Shown: in pieces, positions 47,758 to 56,574 of the stretch | Position numbering within the stretch: position 1 is the first letter of the stretch | Layout of the letters: the number at the start of each line of letters is the position of its first letter | From: Rickettsiales bacterium | Lineage (GTDB): Bacteria; Pseudomonadota; Alphaproteobacteria; Rickettsiales; UBA3002 | Assembly: GCA_044239745.1 (NCBI GenBank) | Contig: JBIIAV010000001.1 | Span: forward strand, 18,884 to 82,883 | Reading direction: 5' to 3' | Length of the DNA: 64,000 nt | Notes under the pieces: model-generated | Database searches by the model: none | What the model saw: the letters and a program-made list of their open reading frames with translations, nothing else | Told to the model about the DNA's origin: nothing | Program-made: the position numbers and the translations under genes

Positions 47758-47762
47758 CCGCG

Positions 47763-49595
47763 TTAGGCGCCCAGTTCCTTGATGTAGCCAGCGATCACAT
47801 CCAGCCCCGCTTGCCAGAAATCCGGCTTGCTGGCATCGAGCCCGAAGGGTTTCAGCAGCTCCTTGTGGCGCAAGCTGCCACCGGCCTTCAGCATCGCCAT
47901 GTATTTCTTGGCGAAAGCATCGCTGCGGCCGGCCTTTTTCTCCTTGAGGTAAACGCCGTAAAGCGAATTCACCAAGCAATCGCCGAAGGCATAGGCATAG
48001 ACATAGAACGGCGAGTGGATGAAATGCGGAATATACATCCAGTAGCTGCTATATTCGGGGTGCAGCGTGATGGCGGGCCCGAGCGATTCGCGGCTCACCT
48101 GCATCCATATCTCGCCGATGCGCGCGACCGAAAGCTCGCCCAAGCGGCGTTCGTCGTGCACCATGCGCTCGAACTCGCAGAAAGCGATCTGCCGCACCAC
48201 GGTGTTGAGCATGTCCTCGATCTTTCCAGCGATGAGCAATTGCCGGCGTTTCTTATCGCTCTCGCGATTCAGTAGCGCTTGGAAGGTCAGCATCTCACCG
48301 AAGACACTTGCCGTTTCCGCAAGCGTCAAGGGGGTGTCGGCCATCAGCGCGCCCTGACCGGCCGAGAGCACTTGGTGCACGCCGTGCCCCAGTTCATGCG
48401 CCAAGGTCATCACGTCGCGCGTCTTGCCGAGGTAGTTAAGTAGCAAGTACGGGTGCGCCGAAGGCACCGTCGGGTGGGCGAAAGCGCCGGTCGCTTTGCC
48501 GGCGCGCACGGGCACATCGATCCAATCGTTATCGAAGAATTTCTGGCCGACCTTCGCCAATTCTGGCGAGAATGCATGGTACGCCTCGCGCACGATCTTC
48601 ACGCCATCCGGCCAAGCGATGCGGGCATCGCTCGCGGCAGGCAGTGGGGCATTGCGATCCCAATAGTCGAGCGCCTTCACCCCGAATTGCTTTGCCTTCC
48701 ACGCATAGTAGCGGTGCGAAAGCTGTTTGTAGTTTTTCTTCACGGTCGCAATCAGCGCCTCGACCACCGCATCCTCGACCTGATTGCTGACATTGCGGCT
48801 GCTGATGGGTTTCGCGAAATGGCGTTTTTCGTCCTCGATATGTTTCGCCTTGGCCAGCGTATTGGTAATGAGGGCGAACAACGGCGCATTGGCCGCGAAC
48901 ACGCGGGCGATCTCTTTGGCGGCGGCTTTGCGCTTCTTGGTGTCCTTACCCGAAAGTAGGTCGAGCGCTTCCGGCTCGCTCATTTTCTTGCCGTCGACCG
49001 TGAACTCCAGCCGCGAGATGGATTCGTCGAACAAGCGCTGCCACGCCCCCATGGTCACCGAGGTTTCGTGGATATATTGCTCCAGCTCGTCGCTCAGTTG
49101 GTAGGGCTTGTAGCTACGCACCACATCAAGCCACAGCTTATAATGCACGAGCTTCTTCGATTGCGCGTAACGCTTGGCAAGCACCGCGTCGCTCAGCGTG
49201 TTCAGCTCCAGCGTGAAGAACACTAACTGCGACGAAATCACCGTCAGCTGCTCCTGCGCATTTTGGTAGAATTGCGTGTTGGCAGGGGCGCTCATGTCGC
49301 TGGCATAAAGCAACTGGGCATAGCTTCCCACTTTGCCGGCCACATCCTGCATCACTTCGTATTGGCTCACGGCCAGCGCCAGCGCGTTGCCATCGAGCGC
49401 GGCAAGCTTACCGGCATAGGCCTTGCTGAAATCCGCCGCTTTCTTCGCCAGCGCCTTGAGGTCACGCGCGACCGCAGGGTCGTTCGGTGCGCGGTAAAGG
49501 TCGCTTAAATCCCAAACAGGCAAGGCGCTCGCTTTTTTAGCGGCCGGTTTTTTCGTCGTTGTTTTCTTTACAGGCTTGCGCGTTGCCATCATCAC
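47763..49595 (-). CDS. pepF: M3-family oligoendopeptidase (PepF type)
   Basis: About 608 aa with the zinc motif HELGHGVH. The start region MMMATRK (GTG/ATG/ATG at 49595/49592/49589) overlaps the upstream ORF stop. Confidence 0.88.
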   Translation of the reverse strand: MMMATRKPVKKTTTKKPAAKKASALPVWDLSDLYRAPNDPAVARDLKALAKKAADFSKAYAGKLAALDGNALALAVSQYEVMQDVAGKVGSYAQLLYASDMSAPANTQFYQNAQEQLTVISSQLVFFTLELNTLSDAVLAKRYAQSKKLVHYKLWLDVVRSYKPYQLSDELEQYIHETSVTMGAWQRLFDESISRLEFTVDGKKMSEPEALDLLSGKDTKKRKAAAKEIARVFAANAPLFALITNTLAKAKHIEDEKRHFAKPISSRNVSNQVEDAVVEALIATVKKNYKQLSHRYYAWKAKQFGVKALDYWDRNAPLPAASDARIAWPDGVKIVREAYHAFSPELAKVGQKFFDNDWIDVPVRAGKATGAFAHPTVPSAHPYLLLNYLGKTRDVMTLAHELGHGVHQVLSAGQGALMADTPLTLAETASVFGEMLTFQALLNRESDKKRRQLLIAGKIEDMLNTVVRQIAFCEFERMVHDERRLGELSVARIGEIWMQVSRESLGPAITLHPEYSSYWMYIPHFIHSPFYVYAYAFGDCLVNSLYGVYLKEKKAGRSDAFAKKYMAMLKAGGSLRHKELLKPFGLDASKPDFWQAGLDVIAGYIKELGA

Positions 49596-51052
49596 CCCCG
49601 TACACCATGATCGGGCACCGCAATCGGCGCGGCCTTCGGTTTATCGACCGGCGGCAAGGCCGGCACCAAATGCGGCGTCTTGGCCGGCGCAGCTGCGGCC
49701 GAAGGTTCGCCTGCGCGCTTGGATTCAAGCGCATGCTTCAAGAAGAGCGCGAACAATTCCTCGAAGGTCGTTTGGCCGATCTTGAAGGAGCCGCCACGCG
49801 CGCGCTCCACCGCGATATTGATATCTTTCCATGCTTGCTCAGGCGCGCCGGTCACCTGCTGCAATGCTGCAAGCACCAACGGCTCGGAGGTGGCATCGAG
49901 CAGGCCGAATTTACGTAATTCGCCCAGCACGAACGGTGCATTGGTGAGGGCGATATTGGCGCTTCCAACCGGCAGTACATCCGCGGCGTTGGCCGTAAAA
50001 TTACCGGTCGCATTGAAGCTCGCGTCCTTGGTGGTGATGGAGAATTTCTTGAGCGCCATCGCCAATTCCTGTGTTTGTACCTGCGCGATCGATTGCGGCG
50101 TTTTGGAAAGCATGCCCTCGTAACTACCCTCGATATCGACCATCACCGGCAGGTATGGCGCCGCCGTATTGGCCGAAGTGACCGGCCCCAAAGTGAACGA
50201 TCCCGCCAGCGCATTCAATTTCTTTTCGTTCAGTTGGTTGCTCCAGCGTCCGCTGATCTGGGCGATGCGCATAGCACCTTCGGGGGCTTCCTTCGGCGTC
50301 AGCACGATATCGTGGAAGAAGATGCTCGCTTCGCCGATGCCGCTACCATCCGCCGCCATGCTGCTACGCACGCCGCCGTCCTTTGCCATATCGATCTGCA
50401 ACGATTGATAGACGGGAACCAATGTCGGAGTCGCCTCCTCCTCGCCGGTGGCTTGCTGTTCGTGCAAATAGGTCAGCAGCATTTGCGTCGGCGATTGGTA
50501 GTGAATATCGGTCGTGCGCACATCGCCGATTTTTTTGTGGTCGATGGTCACGCTCAGCGGCATATCGCTGGTCACATTCAGCAGTGATTTTTGCGGTGCG
50601 TCCTCGGCGGCCAGATCGATCGGGTCCGGCGCCACGATACGCAGCGACGAGAAATCCATCGACTGGGCATAGATCGCAATCGTCGGTGTCGTCACCAATA
50701 AGGCATCGACCACGGGCTTACCATCCACCACCGCTGGTTTGCGGTTCAGCGGCTTGATCGACAGGATCGGATTATGCATCACCACATGTTTGCTCGCGAA
50801 GCTGCCCACCACCTCGAGATCACCATAAGTGAGGTTGATGTCGCGGCCTTGGGTGCGCCCTTTTTCCTGCATGTCCTCGATGAAACCATCGATCTGCTGT
50901 TTCACCAGCGCCTTATCGAGCCCCGCGCGCGAAGCGATGAAGCCGACGACCGCGATGCCCAAGAACACCAGTGCCAACGGCAAGAAAAGCCCGCGCTTCT
51001 TTTTCTTGAGCAGGGTGTCGACAACGGGTGGCGTGGCATCGTTCATGGTCAT
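49592..51052 (-). CDS. Hypothetical membrane-anchored periplasmic protein (possibly DUF2125/YdgA-like)
   Basis: 486-aa ORF with a single N-terminal TM (LFLPLALVFLGIAVVGFIA) and a C-terminal Pro/Ala-rich tail. It lies between fdx and pepF on the same strand. The family assignment is tentative. Confidence 0.5.
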   Translation of the reverse strand: MTMNDATPPVVDTLLKKKKRGLFLPLALVFLGIAVVGFIASRAGLDKALVKQQIDGFIEDMQEKGRTQGRDINLTYGDLEVVGSFASKHVVMHNPILSIKPLNRKPAVVDGKPVVDALLVTTPTIAIYAQSMDFSSLRIVAPDPIDLAAEDAPQKSLLNVTSDMPLSVTIDHKKIGDVRTTDIHYQSPTQMLLTYLHEQQATGEEEATPTLVPVYQSLQIDMAKDGGVRSSMAADGSGIGEASIFFHDIVLTPKEAPEGAMRIAQISGRWSNQLNEKKLNALAGSFTLGPVTSANTAAPYLPVMVDIEGSYEGMLSKTPQSIAQVQTQELAMALKKFSITTKDASFNATGNFTANAADVLPVGSANIALTNAPFVLGELRKFGLLDATSEPLVLAALQQVTGAPEQAWKDINIAVERARGGSFKIGQTTFEELFALFLKHALESKRAGEPSAAAAPAKTPHLVPALPPVDKPKAAPIAVPDHGVRG

Positions 51053-51069
51053 CTCGTTACGATTGGGGA

Positions 51070-51408
51070 TTATTTCTTATCGACCTGCATGTTGCGGGTC
51101 GCGGCAGGTAGGCTCACTTTCAGGCCTTCCAAGCTGTCATTCATCATGATCTGGCAGCCAAGGCGCGAGGTGTGCGTGAGGCCGAAGGCAAGGTCGAGCA
51201 TGTCTTCCTCGTCGTCGGTGGCTTTCGGCAACTGTTTGTAGAACGCCTCATCCACAATGACATGGCAGGTCGAGCAGGCAAGCGAACCCTCGCAAGCGCC
51301 TTCCAGCGCGACATGGTTCTTGTGCGCCACCTCAAGCAACGAGATGCCATTGGGTGCATCCACGGTTTTTTCGCTTCCATCGGCAAGTACGAACGTAATC
51401 TTTGGCAT
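51070..51408 (-). CDS. fdx: ISC-type [2Fe-2S] ferredoxin (adrenodoxin-like)
   Basis: 112 aa with the cluster ligands in [12 protein letters not shown] ... LGCQ. It lies directly downstream of hscA. Confidence 0.9.
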   Translation of the reverse strand: MPKITFVLADGSEKTVDAPNGISLLEVAHKNHVALEGACEGSLACSTCHVIVDEAFYKQLPKATDDEEDMLDLAFGLTHTSRLGCQIMMNDSLEGLKVSLPAATRNMQVDKK

Positions 51409-51434
51409 AGTGACTCTATCGTTAGCGTTAATCG

Positions 51435-53288
51435 TTATCCATTTACTTCATCCACATTCCGCCCCGCCAGTGCCTTCGCGATCGCCGCGTTCATGCGGCG
51501 TTCAGCGAATGGGCCCACCATCGCATTCAACTGCTGCGCCTCGTGGTCGATGCGTTCGCGGTTGCTGCCGGCGATGGCCTCCTCAAGGCGTTTGATCTGG
51601 CCATCGATCATGGCCTCCTCACCTGCCTTGAGTAACGCCGCATCCGCCGCGATCGCGGAACGGACATCGCCGATGACACGATTGGCGTCCACCCGCGCCT
51701 CGATCACCAGCCGTTCGCTGATATCGCTGCGCGCATGCTCCATACTTTCGGCAACCATACGTTCGATTTCCTCGAAGGCAAGGCCATACGAGGGTTTGAC
51801 TTCGACCTGCTGCTCGATACCGCTGGTCAGTTCCTTTGCCGCCACAGTCAGCAAGCCGTCGGCATCGATGGTGAAGCTGACGCTGACGCGCGCCGCGCCC
51901 GCCACCATCGGCGGAATGCCGCGCAGGTGGAACTTCGCTAGCGACCGGCAATCGTCGGCCTTCTCGCGCTCGCCTTGCAGCACATGGATGATCATGGCCG
52001 TCTGGCCGTCCTGATAGGTGGTGAATTCCTGCGCCACCGCCGCCGGAATCGGCGTGTTGCGATAGATCACCTTCTCGACGATGCCGCCCATCGTTTCGAG
52101 CCCGAGCGACAACGGAATGACATCGAGCAATAACGTGTCCGACCCCTTGGTCAGCGCTTCGGCCTGAAGCGCCGCGCCCATCGCCACCACCAGATCGGGG
52201 TCGATGCTATCCAGTGGCGCGCGGTTGAAGAACGCGCCGACCGATTTCTTGACCAGCGGAATGCGCGTCGACCCACCGACCAGCACCACACCGGCCACCG
52301 CATGCGGCGTTAGCTCGGCGTCGCGCAGCGCACCATCACAGCACGCCATCGTGCGCGCGATCAGCGGTTCCATCATGCGCTCCAGCATCGGCACATCCAG
52401 CGCAAAGCGCGTGTCCTCCCAGTCGATCTCGGTCGTGTTCGTCGCACTCAGCGCTTCCTTTGCCGTGCGGCAGCGTGCGAGCAGTTCGCCCAGCGCCGCG
52501 GGGGCAAGCGTATGTTTCGCCACGCCTGCCTTCTCGATGACTTTTTCCGCGATGGCATGGTCGATATCGTCGCCGCCCAGCTGGGTGTCGCCCGCCGTCG
52601 CCAGCACTTGGAACACCCCCGCCTCCAGTTTCAGGATCGAGATATCGAAGGTGCCACCACCGAAATCATAGATGGCAAAGATGCCCTGCGCCTGGCTTTC
52701 CAAGCCATAGGCCAGCGCCGCTGCTGTCGGCTCGTTCAAAAGGCGCAGCACCTCAAGGCCTGCCAAGCGTGCGGCGTCCTTGGTCGCGGCGCGGGCGGCG
52801 TCGTCGAAATAGGCCGGCACGGTGATGACCGCGCGCTTCACGTCGCGCCCCAGCGCCTCTGCTGCCATGTCACGCAGATGCTTCAAGATATCGGCCGAGA
52901 TCTCGACCGGTGTAAGGGTGCGGGCGCCCACATTCAGGCGCACCATGCCGTCCTTCATCGCGTCGATATCGTAGGCAAGCTGCCCCGCCACCTCGCCGAT
53001 ATCGGCAGCGGCGCGCCCCATCAAGCGTTTGATGGAGGCAATGACGCCCGCTTCGCCTTCACCATAGGCGCGGCGCGCCTCGTGGCCGACGACCACGCTT
53101 TTGCCGACATACTGCACCATGGACGGGATAATCGCGCGGCCATGCGCATCGTGGATGGCTTCCGGTTCGCCGTTGCTCGCGACCGCGACCACGCTGTGCG
53201 TGGTGCCAAGGTCGATCCCGATCGCCGCCGTATCGGCGTGCGGCAGCGGCGTCTCGCCGGGCTCATAAATTTGTAACAGGTTAACCAT
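51435..53288 (-). CDS. hscA: Fe-S cluster assembly chaperone HscA (Hsp70 family)
   Basis: 617-aa Hsp70 fold ([33 protein letters not shown]). The start overlaps the hscB stop by 8 nt. Confidence 0.92.
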   Translation of the reverse strand: MVNLLQIYEPGETPLPHADTAAIGIDLGTTHSVVAVASNGEPEAIHDAHGRAIIPSMVQYVGKSVVVGHEARRAYGEGEAGVIASIKRLMGRAAADIGEVAGQLAYDIDAMKDGMVRLNVGARTLTPVEISADILKHLRDMAAEALGRDVKRAVITVPAYFDDAARAATKDAARLAGLEVLRLLNEPTAAALAYGLESQAQGIFAIYDFGGGTFDISILKLEAGVFQVLATAGDTQLGGDDIDHAIAEKVIEKAGVAKHTLAPAALGELLARCRTAKEALSATNTTEIDWEDTRFALDVPMLERMMEPLIARTMACCDGALRDAELTPHAVAGVVLVGGSTRIPLVKKSVGAFFNRAPLDSIDPDLVVAMGAALQAEALTKGSDTLLLDVIPLSLGLETMGGIVEKVIYRNTPIPAAVAQEFTTYQDGQTAMIIHVLQGEREKADDCRSLAKFHLRGIPPMVAGAARVSVSFTIDADGLLTVAAKELTSGIEQQVEVKPSYGLAFEEIERMVAESMEHARSDISERLVIEARVDANRVIGDVRSAIAADAALLKAGEEAMIDGQIKRLEEAIAGSNRERIDHEAQQLNAMVGPFAERRMNAAIAKALAGRNVDEVNG

Positions 53289-53796
53289 GGCGCGCCTTCA
53301 ATCGGTAGATGAGCATATGGGCTTCTTCCATCGCTTTGCCAAGGTACTGAAGACGGATTGTTTCGTGCGTCGCGGTGGCGTAATCGCTTGTGGCAAAGGC
53401 GGCCTCGAGTGCGGCGCTATTGGCCGCGACCATCGCCCGTATCTCGCCGACAAGGGCGGCCAGTGCCGCGCCGTCATCCCCGCTATCAAAGATGCGTTCG
53501 CGCAAGTCCATCATCTCGGCCAGCACGGCGGCGGGCGCGCGGCCATCCTCGGCCAGCGCATCGATGCCTTGCAGCTCGAGCAAATGTTGGGCGCGCGTCA
53601 GCGGGTTTTTGAGGGTTTCGTAAGCATCGTTCACCAATTGCGAACGGCTGATGGCAGCCACGCGCTCGGCTTCGGGCTTGCCGACGAAGCGATCGGGGTG
53701 GCAGGCGCGCTGCGCCGTGAAGTAGGCCTGCTCCAACGCCTTGAGATCGAGCGTAAAGCGCGGCGGCAGGCCGAGTATATCGAATAACGTTTGCAT
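53281..53796 (-). CDS. hscB: Fe-S cluster co-chaperone HscB
   Basis: 171 aa with a J-domain HPD motif (AQRACHPDRF) and a C-terminal helical HscB domain. It lies upstream of hscA. Confidence 0.88.
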   Translation of the reverse strand: MQTLFDILGLPPRFTLDLKALEQAYFTAQRACHPDRFVGKPEAERVAAISRSQLVNDAYETLKNPLTRAQHLLELQGIDALAEDGRAPAAVLAEMMDLRERIFDSGDDGAALAALVGEIRAMVAANSAALEAAFATSDYATATHETIRLQYLGKAMEEAHMLIYRLKARHG

Positions 53797-53837
53797 GTGC
53801 GCGTATTAGGCCAGAACCGCCGCCCTGTCTAGGCCGA

Positions 53838-54395
53838 TTAAGCCATCACCCGCGTCGGCGCATCCGCATCGTTGTAAAGGGGGTATTGGCGGGAATTGAA
53901 GAGTTGGTAATGCCACCATTCATTGCGGTAGAAATCCCAGCCGGCGGTGGTCATGATACCCATCAACAGCAGGCGGTTACGTTGGGCCTGCGCGTTCACA
54001 TCCAACCGCCCATGGTGCGAGCGTGGGTGAAACGCATCGAACGCCGTGCCCATATCCAGCGGCGTCCAATCCCACTGGCACAGCACCAGATCGACCGCCA
54101 CCCCGCGCGAATGCGGCGAGCCACGGCGCGGGTCGGCCAAGAAATTGGGGTCGGGCGTGTGCTCCCACAATTTCCACTGCACTTCGGTCGGGCGGAAGGC
54201 ATCGTAGATGGTGAAGCGATAGCCCTGCGTGCGCGCCAATTCCACGGCGACGGCAAGTTTCTGCGCGGCCTCGGCATGCAAATAGCAGCGCGCATCGGCA
54301 CGATAGACCGGCGCTCCGGTGAAGTTATCGGCCGTTGCGTATTTCAAGTCGATGCGCACATCGTGCGACGCAGAGCTTATCTCAACTAGTGACAC
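53838..54395 (-). CDS. ddpX: D-alanyl-D-alanine dipeptidase (VanX/DdpX, M15D)
   Basis: 185 aa, including IDLKYATADNFTG, IYDAFRP and SPHSRGVAVDL (Zn ligands). The GTG start at 54395 overlaps the olsA 3' end by 14 nt. Confidence 0.85.
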   Translation of the reverse strand: MSLVEISSASHDVRIDLKYATADNFTGAPVYRADARCYLHAEAAQKLAVAVELARTQGYRFTIYDAFRPTEVQWKLWEHTPDPNFLADPRRGSPHSRGVAVDLVLCQWDWTPLDMGTAFDAFHPRSHHGRLDVNAQAQRNRLLLMGIMTTAGWDFYRNEWWHYQLFNSRQYPLYNDADAPTRVMA

Positions 54396-55182
54396 CGGCA
54401 GCCTCCAGCTGTTGGCGCAAGCCCTCGCGAATGGTGTTCTCGCAGCTTTTGGCCAACGCCTTGCGATCCTCGTGGTTGGCGATGCGCTCGACCGGATAGA
54501 AGTTCACCGCCACGCGCACGCTTGGGAATTTCAGCAACCGCCAGAAATGCGTCACGAAGCTGGCTTCGCCGATCCACGCCACCTGCTCACGCGTGGCTGC
54601 CGAAAGCGCGACATCGCCGATATGGGTATAGGCGATGCTCACCGGCTGTAGCGGCAGATCATGTGCTTCCACCAAATTCAGGAATCCGCTTTTGAACGGC
54701 ATCACGTTAAAGCCGTCGCCCGTCGTACCCTCGGGGAATAGTGCGATCACCTTGCCATTGCTCAGCCGCGCGCCCATTTCGGCCTGCGCGCGCTGCATAT
54801 CCGTCGGCCGGCGCTCGATGAATACGCAATCCGCCAGCACACATAAAAAGCCGATGATCGGCCAGCTACGGATCTCGAGTTTCGGTGTGAATGATAGCGG
54901 TACCACCGAACCCAGCACGAAGATATCGAGGTAGCTGGAATGGTTGGCCACCAACATCAAGGGGCGCTGGGGGTTCACGCTGCCATGCATGCTCAGGCGT
55001 ACGCCCGAAATGCGGCCGATGAGGATGAAAAACACCCGCACCACCCGCGCCCGTATCTTCTCCAGCGCCAAGCCCCATAATATGAGAGTGGGCACAAACA
55101 GAACGGCCGTGACGATAAGGAACAGGGCGCATTTGATGTAGGCGCGCACGGTGGATGTCGAGATGGCGGAAGCAGCGGTCAT
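54382..55182 (-). CDS. olsA: Lyso-ornithine lipid O-acyltransferase (PlsC family)
   Basis: 266 aa with the acyltransferase motifs NHSSYLD and FPEGTT. It lies 4 nt downstream of the OlsB-type gene. Confidence 0.78.
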   Translation of the reverse strand: MTAASAISTSTVRAYIKCALFLIVTAVLFVPTLILWGLALEKIRARVVRVFFILIGRISGVRLSMHGSVNPQRPLMLVANHSSYLDIFVLGSVVPLSFTPKLEIRSWPIIGFLCVLADCVFIERRPTDMQRAQAEMGARLSNGKVIALFPEGTTGDGFNVMPFKSGFLNLVEAHDLPLQPVSIAYTHIGDVALSAATREQVAWIGEASFVTHFWRLLKFPSVRVAVNFYPVERIANHEDRKALAKSCENTIREGLRQQLEAAGVTS

Positions 55183-55186
55183 GGCG

Positions 55187-55972
55187 TCATTCCGGCAGAT
55201 AGCGGTCGGCGTAGCGCGCGTGCAGCAAATCCGTTTTTACAACAATGGAAACATCGCAGGTGTTGAAAGCGTAATCGAGCACGGCGCCGTCGCCCACCAT
55301 GCCGTTGAGGCGCAAATAACCTTTGATCAGCGGCGGCAGCACCGTCAGCGCGGCGCGCGGCACCACCTCTTCTTTGGGCATCAGGTTCATGTTCACGTAA
55401 TGCGCCGGCAGCGCGATCGGGCGAATCTCCTGCGGTGCCATGTGATAATGGTAAAGGTACGATAGCGCGTGAATATGTTCCTTCACGTTCACACCGTGGA
55501 AGCTGGCGCAGCCGAACATGAGCTTGATGTCCTTGGCGACAATGAACGAACCAATGCCCTGCCACAGCATCTGGATAACGGGGCGCGTGCGGTATTGCTG
55601 CTCGACACAGCTGCGCCCAAGCTCCATCAACTCCAAGCCGCTGCGCTTGAGTGGCGCGATATCGTATTCCGTTTCGGTATAGAAGCTACCGACCTTGGGC
55701 ATGTTGGTATGTGTCAGCAAGCGATAGGTGCCGACGACCCGCGCATCCCCAACGCGGTTGTTATCGATCACGATGAGGTGATAGCACGCCTCGTCGAACA
55801 TATCGAAATCGCGCTTTTGCTGTTGCACGGCAAGGTTCGCCACCGCGCCCATCTCCTCGCAGAAGATGCGGTAACGCAGGCGCTGCGCGGCATAGACATC
55901 GGCCTCGTTCTCGGCAAGGCGCAGCGTCAGCGCACCGGCGTGGATAGGCTCAAAGACAGGTTCAAAATCCAT
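55187..55972 (-). CDS. olsB: Ornithine N-acyltransferase (OlsB-type GNAT, COG3176)
   Basis: The start is at ATG 55972 (MDFEPVFEP). The stretch LRLAENEADVYAAQRLRYRIFCEEMGA ... VVGTYRLL is typical of OlsB. The track extension to 56050 (TTG) overlaps fur out of frame. Confidence 0.78.
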   Translation of the reverse strand: MDFEPVFEPIHAGALTLRLAENEADVYAAQRLRYRIFCEEMGAVANLAVQQQKRDFDMFDEACYHLIVIDNNRVGDARVVGTYRLLTHTNMPKVGSFYTETEYDIAPLKRSGLELMELGRSCVEQQYRTRPVIQMLWQGIGSFIVAKDIKLMFGCASFHGVNVKEHIHALSYLYHYHMAPQEIRPIALPAHYVNMNLMPKEEVVPRAALTVLPPLIKGYLRLNGMVGDGAVLDYAFNTCDVSIVVKTDLLHARYADRYLPE

Positions 55973-55982
55973 GGCACCGTAC

Positions 55983-56402
55983 CTAGCTGGTTTTCTCGTC
56001 CAGCGGCAAGCAGAATAGCTCCAGCCGATGGTCGACAAGTTTATATCCAAGCTCCCGTGCGATCTTTTCCTGAAGCAACTCGATTTCCTTATTGGTGAAT
56101 TCCACCACCTTGCCGCTGCGCAGGTCGATCAGGTGGTCGTGGTGCTCTTCGGGCATTTCCTCGTAGCGGGCGCGCCCGTCGCCGAAATCATGGCGCTCGA
56201 TGATATGCGCATCCTCGAACAGTTTCACCGTGCGATAGACCGTCGCGATGCTGATATGCGGGTCGATCTTCGTCGCGCGCTTGAAAAGCGCCTCCACATC
56301 CGGGTGGTCGGCCGAGTCGGAAAGCACCCGTGCGATGACCCGCCGCTGTTCGGTCATCTTCAGGCCTTTTTCGACGCATTTTTTCTCGAGTATGCTTGGC
56401 AT
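55983..56402 (-). CDS. fur: Fur family transcriptional regulator lacking the CxxC structural-zinc motif
   Basis: 139 aa with a winged-helix region (KMTEQRRVIARVL, SIATVYRTVKLFEDAHII) and the regulatory-site motif EEHHDHLIDLRSGKVVEF, where canonical Fur reads HHDHLICxxCG. Its stop is 10 nt upstream of the olsB start. Confidence 0.82.
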   Translation of the reverse strand: MPSILEKKCVEKGLKMTEQRRVIARVLSDSADHPDVEALFKRATKIDPHISIATVYRTVKLFEDAHIIERHDFGDGRARYEEMPEEHHDHLIDLRSGKVVEFTNKEIELLQEKIARELGYKLVDHRLELFCLPLDEKTS

Positions 56403-56519
56403 AAGGGGCGTTCATAGCCCCAGTTGCGGCGTCAAGGCAAGTGTTTCGAGTAAACGCTTCAGCCAACTTGACCCAATGGCAGGAATGGTGTAGTGAAACT
56501 ACAGTAATCAACAATAATA

Positions 56520-56533
56520 TGAACATATGTTCA
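56520..56533. promoter_or_regulatory. 14-bp perfect palindrome TGAACATATGTTCA in the AT-rich fur/mucR divergent intergenic region (candidate operator)
   Basis: The motif was read directly from the sequence. It is embedded in ACAATAATATGAACATATGTTCAATAAAAAATAATCA, about 42 nt upstream of the mucR ATG, in by far the most AT-rich non-coding segment of the window. Confidence 0.35.
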
Positions 56534-56574
56534 ATAAAAAATAATCAGCAACCCTAACTGCAAAGGCAAGCATC

